Made by a program: the position numbers and the translations under genes. From assembly GCA_013166775.1 (NCBI GenBank), contig JABLTJ010000001.1:224009-288008 (forward strand): a stretch of DNA of 64,000 nucleotides, written 5' to 3'. The first letter of the stretch is position 1. Each line of letters starts with the position of its first letter. Origin of the DNA: Promethearchaeati archaeon. Its GTDB lineage: Archaea; Asgardarchaeota; Heimdallarchaeia; Heimdallarchaeales; Heimdallarchaeaceae. Positions 10,650 through 21,013 of the stretch are shown one piece after another. The notes beneath the pieces are model-generated. The model ran no database searches, had not been told where the DNA came from, and was given only the letters and a program-made list of their open reading frames with translations.

Positions 10650-12212
10650 TTGATACATGATATGGAGTTACTTGATATGAAACGGAAACATTTTGCTAGC
10701 CTTTCTATTTTTCAAATAATGGCTATGTTCCGAAGAGGTATTTTTTACTTTTTCCTTAGTATTTATCTTAAAGAATATCTTCACGTCTCAAATACTGAAA
10801 TGACATTGTTTGCAACTCTACCAATGATCGCTAATATTGCATCACAGTCAGGTTTATGGGGACGAATTTCTGATAAATTCAAGAAAAGAAGACTCTTGAT
10901 TGTTTTTGGGGAACTTTATGCTGCGATAGGTTATTTGGTTGTATATTGGATTCACAAAGGATACGAAAAAGAAGGAGCTTTAAGAGCTGCTGCATTTGCA
11001 ATTATAATAGGTTTTACAATAGTTGAAGCAGGTTGGAGTAGTAGTAATCTAGGGTGGTCAACTCTTATTGCTGACCTGACAAGAGATTCTGAAAGAAGTA
11101 GAATAATGGGATTACTTCAATTCATCGGTGGGATTGGGAATATTTTAGGAGTTACAGCAAGTGGATTTCTGTATCTTGGTGGAAAAGGTTTTTCTGAAGG
11201 TTATTTATTCTTCATCTCATCAGGAATAATGATTTTTAGTATTGTAGCTCTATTCATGATACCGGAATCTTACGCAGATTTGGAAAAAAGTGATGATAAA
11301 GAGATTGTTGAGCTCGTAGAAGAACAACAAAATATGATAAGGGAAGCAAAAGAGAACTCTGGTTCATTCAAATGGGAATGGAAAGTATTTGTCTGGCTTC
11401 TAGTTATCCTTGCTATAATTAATATTGGAGGAAACAGCATAAATCAAATGGTGAACATACACGTACGTTTACCTAGTACATTCAATGCTTCAGACATAAT
11501 TGTTGCTCAGTTGCGGAATACTACGAATATATCAATGATTATTGCAGGTTTAGTAATCGGTTTTCTTGCAAAGAAATTTGGTGATGGTAAGATGTTACTT
11601 GCAGGATTTGTCCTTGCTTTTATTGGAACCATAGCTCTACCATTTGCACCTAGCATAGTATTTGTCTTCGTCTATATGGCAACTAGAGGCTTTACAAGAG
11701 TCTGGGTACAAACAACGGCTTATTCAATGGTTAACCGAGTGGTTCCTTTAGAAAAAAGAGGAAGAATGATGGGTTATTATAATGCTACTTTTTACCTCTC
11801 GTGGGGTTTGGGAGGAACAATACTTACTGGTCCTATTGCTGATGCTATTGTAGGATCTAATTTGATAGTCATACTTACTTATACTATTCTTGGTATAATC
11901 GCAGTTGGAGCCTGGTCTTTCCTTATTATTTCTAAATTCACTAATATAAGGAGTAAAATGAAATTATTTATTGGAACTGCAATTGGGTGGTTTGGTCTAT
12001 CCGGAGTTTTAGCTGCTTTTGTTGCTAAATCCTTTGCTTCATTTGTTATTTCCTACGGATCTTCAGATTCTTATGCTTACAAAGTTACATTTCTTATTGC
12101 TGCTGTTTTAATCGCAATAGGAACACTTACTTATATACTCTATCGACCCAAGAAGTATAATGTTCTGATTCTCGACAAAGCTGTTGGCACATTGAATGAA
12201 GCTAACAGTTAA
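10650..12212 (+). CDS. MFS transporter
   Basis: GRISDKFKKRR motif A, many TM helices, KRGRMMG in the second half. Confidence 0.88.
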   Translation: MIHDMELLDMKRKHFASLSIFQIMAMFRRGIFYFFLSIYLKEYLHVSNTEMTLFATLPMIANIASQSGLWGRISDKFKKRRLLIVFGELYAAIGYLVVYWIHKGYEKEGALRAAAFAIIIGFTIVEAGWSSSNLGWSTLIADLTRDSERSRIMGLLQFIGGIGNILGVTASGFLYLGGKGFSEGYLFFISSGIMIFSIVALFMIPESYADLEKSDDKEIVELVEEQQNMIREAKENSGSFKWEWKVFVWLLVILAIINIGGNSINQMVNIHVRLPSTFNASDIIVAQLRNTTNISMIIAGLVIGFLAKKFGDGKMLLAGFVLAFIGTIALPFAPSIVFVFVYMATRGFTRVWVQTTAYSMVNRVVPLEKRGRMMGYYNATFYLSWGLGGTILTGPIADAIVGSNLIVILTYTILGIIAVGAWSFLIISKFTNIRSKMKLFIGTAIGWFGLSGVLAAFVAKSFASFVISYGSSDSYAYKVTFLIAAVLIAIGTLTYILYRPKKYNVLILDKAVGTLNEANS

Positions 12213-12234
12213 GAATATTTACTGAATTTACAGT

Positions 12235-13386
12235 ATGAATACTATGAAAATTGAGAAACAAGATGTTATTCCAATTCTAAAGAAGCTAATTAATATTAAG
12301 ACCGAAAATCCACCTGGTTTTACTATTGAAGCTGTCCAGTATCTTTCTAATATTTTCAATGAAGTTGGGATAAAAAATAGAATCCAAGCATATGGAGAAA
12401 AAAGAGCTAATATTATTGCGGAATATGGTGAGGGAGAAAAGACGATTATTCTAACTGGGCATCTCGATACGATTCCAGCAGGTGATGAAACTAAATGGAA
12501 ATTTCCTCCTTTTTCAGGAAAAGAAGAAGAAGGAAGAATCTATGGTAGAGGATCAACTGATATGAAAGGAGCAATTGCTGCATATGTTGCAGTAATGACT
12601 CTATTGAAGCAAAAGAACGTGAAATTAAGTAAGAAAGTTATCTTTCTCGGAACATCTGATGAAGAACTAAACATGGATGGGTCTCTATTTGCAAAAAATG
12701 AAGGGATAATGGAGGGATGTGAGTTTGTCGTAATTGGTGAACCAACAGAGTTGAAAATTGGGGTAGCTGAAAAAGGAACTTTGTGGATTAAGATAAGGAT
12801 TGAAGGAAAGTCTGCTCATGGATCAACTCCTCATTTAGGTGTCAGTGCAATTGAAGCAGCAGCTAAATTAATTCCAGATTTAAAGGAAGTAGTGCCAGCT
12901 TTTGAACATAAGATTCTAGGAAAATCCTCTCTGAATATAGGTAAAATTTCAGGCGGAACTGTTGTAAATGTGGTTCCAGAACTCTGCGAAATTGAATGCG
13001 ATTTTAGACTAGTAGCTGACGATCTTCGCGATGAGATTAAGGAAAAATTCAATGCTGTTCTTAATAAATTCAATCAAGAGGAAGAAGCGAAGGCCAGTTT
13101 CGCAATTTTACATGAGCTACCTGCTATAGAAATGAAATATGTATCAAAATTCTTAGAGGATCTTAAGATTAAAGCAAAGAAAGCAGGTGCAGCAGAAATA
13201 ATTGGTGTTAATTATGGAACTGATGGTGCTATGTTAGTTCCTGATTATGGAACACCATTTGTAATTATGGGGCCAGGAAAATTAGATCAATTACATGTAA
13301 CTGATGAATACACGGAAATAGAAGAAGTAATTGACTACGCAAACATAATTTATGAAGCTTTAATAGACAATTTTTCTGTGACATGA
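12235..13386 (+). CDS. M20 family metallopeptidase (ArgE/DapE-like)
   Basis: GHLDT, GRGSTDMKG, DEE, GEPT, terminal H..DE. Confidence 0.92.
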   Translation: MNTMKIEKQDVIPILKKLINIKTENPPGFTIEAVQYLSNIFNEVGIKNRIQAYGEKRANIIAEYGEGEKTIILTGHLDTIPAGDETKWKFPPFSGKEEEGRIYGRGSTDMKGAIAAYVAVMTLLKQKNVKLSKKVIFLGTSDEELNMDGSLFAKNEGIMEGCEFVVIGEPTELKIGVAEKGTLWIKIRIEGKSAHGSTPHLGVSAIEAAAKLIPDLKEVVPAFEHKILGKSSLNIGKISGGTVVNVVPELCEIECDFRLVADDLRDEIKEKFNAVLNKFNQEEEAKASFAILHELPAIEMKYVSKFLEDLKIKAKKAGAAEIIGVNYGTDGAMLVPDYGTPFVIMGPGKLDQLHVTDEYTEIEEVIDYANIIYEALIDNFSVT

Positions 13387-13471
13387 GCTAAAATCCTTTT
13401 TTTCCTCTTTTGTTCGGGAAATGCAAATATTAAAAAGAAAGAATGAGCCATAATTACCTTGAAACTGGAAT

Positions 13472-14338
13472 GTGTTTCAGATTAACGCTAATCACTCAAA
13501 TCAAGAAAAATTCAAAGAAAGATATCAGAAATTGATTAAGATTACTGATATTTCAAAAAAAATTCAAAGAGATGATATTAGTCTACCTCCTAATGAATCT
13601 CGTATATTACTAGACTTTGAAGAAGCTATTTTGGAATGTATGAATTATTCTTGGGAAATAGACTCCATGCTAGAAGATGAAAATCTCTCACCTTATGAGT
13701 ATGATCAATTAGTTTCCCGTCTGGAAAAACTATCTGAAGTAATTGATATTCTGTTGGAAAAACACAAGAGCAATGTCGAAACTCTAAACAAAGTTATTTC
13801 AATTTATAAGATTTTAAAGAGTCTAATTAAGGAAATTCAATTTGTTGAAGATATAGTAATTATCTTAACAAAGACGTACACCGTTGAAAAGAAAACTGCT
13901 TACACAATTAATGAAAGTGAATATTTGATTGCTCTAGAGGCTTTAGATTCGTTCTTTAAGAAGAGCAAAATTAAGGCAGAGGAAAGAAAAGAATCCAAAT
14001 TAGAAAGAGAATTACTTGAGCTTGCTAAAATTATTGGGAAACTAGAAGAAAAACATGCCTTCAATTCACTTTATACTTCCCCAACAATCTTAATGAATGA
14101 AATCATTTCTTCTCTGGAAATCCTTGAAGCGATGATAGAACCCTTCTATCATATGGTTAAAGGTAATTACTATTCAGAAGAAATTAGTTCTGCAAAAATT
14201 GGTTTAGTTCTACTCTCTCAAAATAAAGAACTTGATGTTGGTGAAACTATTAAGATACGAGGTTTATTTAGTAGAAAAAGAGGAATTGAGGAATTAGAAG
14301 AATTGAGTGATGTTTTACGTTCTTTAGAAATCGATTAA
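13472..14338 (+). CDS. Hypothetical alpha-helical protein
   Basis: 288-aa ORF rich in E/K/L with no recognisable motif; start uncertain. Confidence 0.6.
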   Translation: MFQINANHSNQEKFKERYQKLIKITDISKKIQRDDISLPPNESRILLDFEEAILECMNYSWEIDSMLEDENLSPYEYDQLVSRLEKLSEVIDILLEKHKSNVETLNKVISIYKILKSLIKEIQFVEDIVIILTKTYTVEKKTAYTINESEYLIALEALDSFFKKSKIKAEERKESKLERELLELAKIIGKLEEKHAFNSLYTSPTILMNEIISSLEILEAMIEPFYHMVKGNYYSEEISSAKIGLVLLSQNKELDVGETIKIRGLFSRKRGIEELEELSDVLRSLEID

Positions 14339-14390
14339 CTTTTGTTTTTTCAAGAATAAAGTTTTTAACAAATACATTAAAATTGAGTGT

Positions 14391-15863
14391 ATGCAAGAAA
14401 GCTCCAGTAATTTAGAAGACCTTGTAGCTTACGGAATTAAGTGTTGCGAGAAAAAGGGAGTAGAGTATGCTGATGTAAAATATATGGATACAAGAATGCA
14501 AAATATATCTTACAAGAATGAAGCTTTAGAACAGCTAAGTAATATCGATAAGCGAGGTATAGGGATTAGATGTATACTAAATAAGAGTTGGGGATTCGCT
14601 AGTACAAATGAGTTAACAAGAGATAGCATTACTGAATTAGCGGAAAAAGCAATGAAGATTACGAAGGCTTCTTCAATGGTTAAGAAATTTGATATTGAAC
14701 TTGCTGACGAACCTGTTCATGAAGATAATAAAATGACCCCCATTAAGAAAGATCCTTTTAAAATTGAGTTAGCTGAAAAAATGGATGTTCTTCAGCAAAG
14801 TGCTAAAATAATACGTGAATATTCAGATAGAATCAAAGTAGCTACTAGTCATTTTGTTAGTAGACAAGATCATATGATATTGTATACAACTGAAGGATCA
14901 AAAATAGATCAAACTATTCTTTGGTGTGGTGGAGGAGTATCTGCAACAGCAGTTGAAGGTGGAGAAGTACAAACACGTAGTTTACCAGCAAGTTTCAGAG
15001 GTGATTTTCACACTGAGGGTTATGAATACTTTGAGAATTTAAAACTCATAGAAATTTCAGAACAAACAGCTAAAGAATCTGTAAAGCTTTTATCAGCAAA
15101 GAAGATGCCTACTGAACAAGCTACTGTAATATTAGGTCACTCTCAATTAGCACTACAGGTTCATGAGAGCTGTGGTCACCCAACTGAACTGGATAGAGCT
15201 TTAGGGTATGAAGCTGCTTATGCTGGAACAAGTTTCCTAACAACAGACCTACTAGATACCAATTTCAAATATGGAAACGAATTAGTAACAATGGTTGCTG
15301 ATGCTACGGTTCTTGGAGGATTGGGCACTTTCTTCTATGATCACGAAGGTGTTAAAGCTCAAAGAAATATCATGGTCGATAAAGGAATTTTTACAGGCTT
15401 TATGTCCTCAAGAGAAACTGCAAAAGCCATAGGATTGAATAGAAGTTCTGGTGCTGCGAGATCAATGGGATATGATAGAATTCCTATTGTAAGAATGACT
15501 AATGTTAATCTAGAACCTGGAGACTGGGAATTTGATGAACTAATTGGTGATACAAAGAAAGGATATTTCTTGGAAACTAATAGAAGCTGGAGTATAGATG
15601 ATATCCGAATGAATTTCCAATTTGGTACTGAAATAGGTTGGAAAATAGAAAACGGAGAAATGACCGAAATGATAAAGAATCCTACATATGAAGGAATAAC
15701 ACCAGAATTTTGGGGAAATGTTAGTGGAATATGTAATAAAAACCATTGGAAGATTTTTGGAACACCAAACTGTGGAAAAGGAGAACCTGGACAAGCAGCT
15801 TACGTAGGTCATGGAATCGCTCCTACAAGATTCGATAATGTTCGTGTAGGAATTCTAAAATAA
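14391..15863 (+). CDS. tldD: TldD metalloprotease subunit
   Basis: HESCGH (HExxGH), YDHEG, RMTN, CGKG. Confidence 0.93.
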   Translation: MQESSSNLEDLVAYGIKCCEKKGVEYADVKYMDTRMQNISYKNEALEQLSNIDKRGIGIRCILNKSWGFASTNELTRDSITELAEKAMKITKASSMVKKFDIELADEPVHEDNKMTPIKKDPFKIELAEKMDVLQQSAKIIREYSDRIKVATSHFVSRQDHMILYTTEGSKIDQTILWCGGGVSATAVEGGEVQTRSLPASFRGDFHTEGYEYFENLKLIEISEQTAKESVKLLSAKKMPTEQATVILGHSQLALQVHESCGHPTELDRALGYEAAYAGTSFLTTDLLDTNFKYGNELVTMVADATVLGGLGTFFYDHEGVKAQRNIMVDKGIFTGFMSSRETAKAIGLNRSSGAARSMGYDRIPIVRMTNVNLEPGDWEFDELIGDTKKGYFLETNRSWSIDDIRMNFQFGTEIGWKIENGEMTEMIKNPTYEGITPEFWGNVSGICNKNHWKIFGTPNCGKGEPGQAAYVGHGIAPTRFDNVRVGILK

Positions 15864-16754
15864 AATATTCCGAATAAACTCTCCTATTTTCTTTATAGCT
15901 TTCTTGCTCTCAGGCATGAGATTTCCAAAAATTTGAAACACATGCCACATTCCTGGCCAAATGTCAGCTGTTACATCCACTTTTGCTTTTATTGCTTTTT
16001 CAGCGAAGCGTGTCGTATCATCAAGAATAATCTCTTCTGTACCTGTTTGTAGTAATAGAGGTGGTAATCCTTCTAAATCTGCATAAAGTGGAGAAGCTAG
16101 CGGATTCTTACTGTCTGTGCCCTTAAGATATATTTCAGCTGATTGTTGAAGTTCAATCTTAGTTGCCATTATTTCCTCCTTTGTTTTCGTCTCAACAGAA
16201 TCACCAGTTAATGCTAAATCTGTCCAAGGAGATAGACATACTGCAGCAGCTGGAAGAGATATAGTTTCCTCACGTAGTTTGATCAAAGTTGCTAGTGCTA
16301 ATCCTCCACCAGCAGAATCTCCCGCAATTATTATTTTGTTGGACTTAATCCCTTTTTGATCTATTAACCATTTGTAAGCAGTAATTACATCCTCTAAACC
16401 AGCTGGAAATGGATTTTCTGGGGCAAGACTGTAATCCAGACACAGGACTGGAATTTCTGAAGTTTTACCTATGCGAGCTGCTATACCTCGATGAGTATTT
16501 AGGGAACCTGCATTATAAGATCCTCCGTGTAGATATATGATTGCGCAATCTTTGTAACTCTTTGGAGGAAACAGCCACTCACCAGAAATTCCTTCGATCG
16601 ATACTTGTTCAACTTTTACATTTTTTGGCTTTCGAAATAGAAAAACTCTGTTTTCTAGATTTTTTCTGTTTTCTTCTACATTCAAAATACCTTCATCTTT
16701 CATTGACATTAATCTCATGATTATGATGAATAATCTTGCACGTAAGCTAACCAT
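15855..16754 (-). CDS. HSL-family alpha/beta hydrolase (esterase/lipase)
   Basis: HGGS oxyanion motif, GDSAGG nucleophile, LSPW, HVFQ. Confidence 0.92.
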   Translation of the reverse strand: MVSLRARLFIIIMRLMSMKDEGILNVEENRKNLENRVFLFRKPKNVKVEQVSIEGISGEWLFPPKSYKDCAIIYLHGGSYNAGSLNTHRGIAARIGKTSEIPVLCLDYSLAPENPFPAGLEDVITAYKWLIDQKGIKSNKIIIAGDSAGGGLALATLIKLREETISLPAAAVCLSPWTDLALTGDSVETKTKEEIMATKIELQQSAEIYLKGTDSKNPLASPLYADLEGLPPLLLQTGTEEIILDDTTRFAEKAIKAKVDVTADIWPGMWHVFQIFGNLMPESKKAIKKIGEFIRNILF

Positions 16755-16821
16755 GATAGATTTGAAATAAAAAGAAAGTAAATAAATGTTAGTTCTTCAT
16801 CAAGGTTTTGCTAAAGAATAG

Positions 16822-18552
16822 TTATAGAAGTAGTTTGAAATACTTTGTAAATTTCAAAATATACTTCAGGCCTTTAACTTTCAGATTTCCTGTGAGAATT
16901 GCTATTACAGGATTTGTTTTTCCTAAACCTAAACCCATGAAAGTAGATCTATTTGTAGTGATTGATCCATCACATTCTTTCTTAGCTTTTTTAACTCTGC
17001 TTGTTGTGTTTTCAATTTGAGTGAAATCAATCTTTCCATTTCCTATATCCAAGATTACAGCCTTTGGATCTTCTTTTGCAACAATGAGTAGAGTATATTT
17101 ATCTTCCTTAAATTTCTGAAATTCAGGATTTACGTTAAGTGATTTAAGCATTGCAAAGATTAGAGATGCAAACCCCTCGTAATCTTTGATTTGATTGTAT
17201 AAAGGCAGTATCATTTCCATTGCTTTTTCGTAGCGTTTTACAATTTCATCAACAACTGATTCATCCATGGGAGTTGAAAGAATGAATGCTGTTACTCCTC
17301 TAGATACTGCGTAAATTCCATTGATGGCTAATGATAATGTCAAATACTTTGATAGCTCTAAAGTGGGTATAAGCTTGAAAACAGTCTGTCTTCCATCTTC
17401 AACTGGTTCCTCAAATAGATAAACATAAACAAGTGATTGGAGTCCACTAACCTGTCCCTTGATATCTAGTTCTTTTAACACATTTCGTAATCCTTCTCTT
17501 AGTCTATCACCCAGTTTTCCTAGTCGCTCAACCTCTTTTTCATTATACAACTCCATAGCTGTTTTCCCAGCAATCATAGTCATAGCATTTCCACTAAATG
17601 TCCCTGAATGAGTTATGAATTCCTTCTTTGTCGGATTAAATTGATTGATTATTTCGTGTTTTCCTCCAAAAGCCCCTACTGGTAAACCTCCACCTATTGT
17701 CTTTCCAAGAGCAGTTAGGTCAGGTACAACTCCATAGTACTTTTGCATCCCTCCAGTTGATATACGGAAAGTGATGACTTCATCAAAAATTAGCAAAATA
17801 TTATATTTTATAGTTAGCTCTCTTAATCCTTGGAGATATTCTTTGGTTGCAATTGCTCCTCCACCTGATCCCATAATCGGTTCGAGAATCATTGCTGCAA
17901 TTTTCTTATGATGTTTTTTCATTACCTCTTCAGCAGCTGCTAAATCATTAAAGGGTACAATAAATACATCTTTCAGAATTGTTTTTGGTACGCCTTTTTC
18001 CACAGTTGCTATCGGCATCTCATCAGCTGTTAGATTTGGAGTAATATTGACTTCTACATAGTCATGAGAACCGTGATAGCCACCTTCTGTTTTTATGATT
18101 TTATCTTTTCCAGTGTATTTCCTCGCAGCCCTGATTGCAAACATTGTTGCTTCTGTTCCGGAATTGCAAAATCTAAGCAGCTCGATTGATGGTGTTCTTT
18201 CACATATTATCTTTGCAAGTTGGTGTTGAACTTCCATTGGAGCTGCATGAGCTGTTCCTTCGCTTGCTTGTTTTTGCATATTTTCAACAATTTTTTGATG
18301 AGCATGACCATGAATGTTCACAGTCATACTATTAAGACAGTCAATGTATTCATTGCCATCAAAATCATAAAGATAGCAACCTTCTCCTTTAGTTACGAAG
18401 AAAGGATAGGGGTAAAAATGTGCTACATTTCTTGTTCCTCCTCCTGGAAGCCATTTCTGTGCTTCTTCAAAATGTTTCTTTGATCCTTGCGTCTTATTTT
18501 TGTATTCATTTATAATATTGCTCTTTATATTCTCTAAATCTTCAATAGACAT
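16822..18552 (-). CDS. Class III (GSA-aminomutase-like) aminotransferase fused to a C-terminal SCP2-like lipid-binding domain
   Basis: NSGTEAT, YHG, FDEVITFR, PDLTALGK, SGTF. The extra ~115 aa end in ...LGKTNPVIAILTGNLKVKG. Confidence 0.85.
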   Translation of the reverse strand: MSIEDLENIKSNIINEYKNKTQGSKKHFEEAQKWLPGGGTRNVAHFYPYPFFVTKGEGCYLYDFDGNEYIDCLNSMTVNIHGHAHQKIVENMQKQASEGTAHAAPMEVQHQLAKIICERTPSIELLRFCNSGTEATMFAIRAARKYTGKDKIIKTEGGYHGSHDYVEVNITPNLTADEMPIATVEKGVPKTILKDVFIVPFNDLAAAEEVMKKHHKKIAAMILEPIMGSGGGAIATKEYLQGLRELTIKYNILLIFDEVITFRISTGGMQKYYGVVPDLTALGKTIGGGLPVGAFGGKHEIINQFNPTKKEFITHSGTFSGNAMTMIAGKTAMELYNEKEVERLGKLGDRLREGLRNVLKELDIKGQVSGLQSLVYVYLFEEPVEDGRQTVFKLIPTLELSKYLTLSLAINGIYAVSRGVTAFILSTPMDESVVDEIVKRYEKAMEMILPLYNQIKDYEGFASLIFAMLKSLNVNPEFQKFKEDKYTLLIVAKEDPKAVILDIGNGKIDFTQIENTTSRVKKAKKECDGSITTNRSTFMGLGLGKTNPVIAILTGNLKVKGLKYILKFTKYFKLLL

Positions 18553-18711
18553 ATTCTCTACCTTCTTTATCCTCTCTTAGGTAATGTAATGCTGGAAACT
18601 AAATCTTTAGAAGAATAGTGTGATAAAAGATTTTCCTCTTAACCATATTCAAATACTTTTGATATATGATAGTTCTTAAAAGCTTAAAATTAAATTGTTT
18701 CTTTGATTTAA

Positions 18712-19533
18712 ATGAAATTCATTGCAAAAATTATAATTCAAATAGGTATAGTACTTGGTTTCATTGGAACAGTAGTAGTTAATGCGCTTTCTTCTGTTGG
18801 ACTTATTAACAATGTAGATCCTGGAACACTGTCTGACAATATACCCAATTTCTTTGTTCCATCAGGTTTGACTTTTTCAATATGGGGCGTAATTTATATT
18901 GGATTGGCTGCTTTAGCAGTTTATAGTACTGTAGCTCTTTTCAAGAAGAGGGAAGAAGAGAGTTATTTTCTAAATAAAATGGGTATTGAGTTCATCGTAG
19001 CTTCAATAGCAAATATAACATGGATTTTCTTATGGCATTATCAAACTCCAGCAAACTATATGGTAGAATTTTCCCTTGTTGCTATGGTAATTCTATTAGC
19101 AGCTTTACTCACAATGTATATTAGACTTGGTATAGGCAAAGAAGAAGTATCAAAAAAAGAAAAATGGTTTGTACATATCCCAATTAGTCTATATCTAGGA
19201 TGGATTACTATAGCTACAGTAGCTAATGCAACAGCTGTATTAGTTGACTTATCTATCAATAAATTATTGTACTTAAGTTATGGTTTAACTGAAGTATACT
19301 GGACTAATTTTATGCTTCTAGTTGCTACAATTATCACATTATTGATGCTCTTTATTAGAAAAGATATTGCGTATAGTTTAGTTGTTATTTGGGCTTTTGT
19401 AGGAATATTAACTAAAAGAATTAGTGATATTCCAACTCAACTTGAAATAATAACAACCTCTGCAATTGGTATAGGTTTAATATTAGTTATGATTGGTTAT
19501 ATTACTTATAAATTGATAAAGAAAAAATCTTAA
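18712..19533 (+). CDS. Tryptophan-rich sensory (TspO-like) multi-pass membrane protein
   Basis: FVPSGLTFSIWGVIY, NITWIFLW, SLYLGWITIATVAN. Confidence 0.65.
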   Translation: MKFIAKIIIQIGIVLGFIGTVVVNALSSVGLINNVDPGTLSDNIPNFFVPSGLTFSIWGVIYIGLAALAVYSTVALFKKREEESYFLNKMGIEFIVASIANITWIFLWHYQTPANYMVEFSLVAMVILLAALLTMYIRLGIGKEEVSKKEKWFVHIPISLYLGWITIATVANATAVLVDLSINKLLYLSYGLTEVYWTNFMLLVATIITLLMLFIRKDIAYSLVVIWAFVGILTKRISDIPTQLEIITTSAIGIGLILVMIGYITYKLIKKKS

Positions 19534-19606
19534 ACTATTTCTTATTCTTTTTTTTGTTTCTGATAACATTTTTAAATTAGAGAAATATATATTTATAATG
19601 ATTTAA

Positions 19607-20491
19607 ATGGTAAATTTTGCTGTTATCACAGATTCAGGTGCTGATCTTAGCAAAGAACTAATTGAAAAATACAACTTAAAAATAATGCCTTTCTCTGTTA
19701 TATTACCCGATACTAATGAAGTTCTAAAAGAAAAAATAGATATAACAAATGAGGAATATTATGAAAGAGTTATTACTGCAAAGAAGCACCCTAGTACGTC
19801 ACAGCCAAATCCTAATGATATGCTGGAAATTATTAATGAAGTAGATGAAAAAGAAATCGAGAATATCCTGTATATAACAATGGCTGCAAGTATCACAGGT
19901 ACCTATAGTACAGCACATTTAGCAAAGAAATTGTATGAAAAGAAAGGTGGAAAAGCTAGGTTAGAGATTTTTGATTCTTATCAAGCTTCCATGGCGGTAG
20001 GCTTACAAGCAATTAAAGCACATATTCTTTTTCAACAAGGTAAAAGTATGGATGAAGTGATTGAAACGCTCAATTATTTTAAATTGAATGAATTAAAATC
20101 AACATTAACGGTTGAAACGCTCAAATATTTGATGAAAGGAGGAAGGGTGAGTAAATTCAGATATGCTATTGGTTCCTTATTGAATCTCACACCATGTTTA
20201 GAAGGAACCTATGAAGGTAAATTGGAGGGTTTTGCAGCTGCACGATCTTATGAGGATGCAATTAAAAAAATAATTGATCACGCATATGAAGATATAAAAG
20301 TTAAAGAGAACCTCGCAGTGTATTTTAATGCAGGAAAAGCTGAAAGGGGGATAGAAATCGCTAAGAATTATCTTGCAGAGAAATATCCAGAGATAAGAAT
20401 AATGGATGTCTTACAGATTGGTTCTGCTATTTTCACTCACACAGGACCAGGAATTGTTGCTTTAATACTTTTCAAATATTTTGAGCATTAA
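19607..20491 (+). CDS. DegV/FakB family fatty-acid-binding protein
   Basis: ITDSGADL, PSTSQP, GTY, FDS, YLMKGGR, HTGPG. Confidence 0.93.
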   Translation: MVNFAVITDSGADLSKELIEKYNLKIMPFSVILPDTNEVLKEKIDITNEEYYERVITAKKHPSTSQPNPNDMLEIINEVDEKEIENILYITMAASITGTYSTAHLAKKLYEKKGGKARLEIFDSYQASMAVGLQAIKAHILFQQGKSMDEVIETLNYFKLNELKSTLTVETLKYLMKGGRVSKFRYAIGSLLNLTPCLEGTYEGKLEGFAAARSYEDAIKKIIDHAYEDIKVKENLAVYFNAGKAERGIEIAKNYLAEKYPEIRIMDVLQIGSAIFTHTGPGIVALILFKYFEH

Positions 20492-20544
20492 ATATTTTTA
20501 AGAAAAATATTTAAATTTCTATATGGTTTTTTTTTCTGATAATT

Positions 20545-20946
20545 ATGACTGTAGTCGAAGAAGAAATTCTTAAGGAGTTAACAAAAATACGAGAACTCCT
20601 TGAACCTAAAGAAGAGCTAAAAGAAGAAAAAGAAAAACCAAAAGGAATAAAGCATCGAGCTTTAAGATTCAAAGATGATTTCGTTAGTTTCCTCAAATCT
20701 TATGGAGTTATTGGATTAACTGTAGCTTTCATCATGGGTCTTTATTTAAAAGATCTAGTTGATGCCTTAGTAGGTGATTTAATCATGCCTATCATTGCTT
20801 ATATTCCTGGAGTAGAAACTTGGGATACTTTTCTAGTGGGTGAGTTTGCAATAGGTCATTTTCTTGGAATTTTATTGATGTTCATAATGATAACATTGGT
20901 TGTTTTCTCACTAGTTAAAATCTCAAAGAGAATAGGATTAGATTAA
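20545..20946 (+). CDS. mscL: Large-conductance mechanosensitive channel
   Basis: FVSFLKSYGVIGLTVAFIMG...LVGDLIMP...GHFL. Confidence 0.85.
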   Translation: MTVVEEEILKELTKIRELLEPKEELKEEKEKPKGIKHRALRFKDDFVSFLKSYGVIGLTVAFIMGLYLKDLVDALVGDLIMPIIAYIPGVETWDTFLVGEFAIGHFLGILLMFIMITLVVFSLVKISKRIGLD

Positions 20947-21013
20947 ACATTCTCCTTTATTTTCTTTTATTTCTAGAGAAAAATTAAAGATATGATTTCA
21001 CTTTAGTTTACCA

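Noticed and set aside
16822-18552. Calling the aminotransferase hemL
   Set aside because: No heme biosynthesis genes are nearby and it has an extra SCP2-like domain, so the substrate is uncertain.
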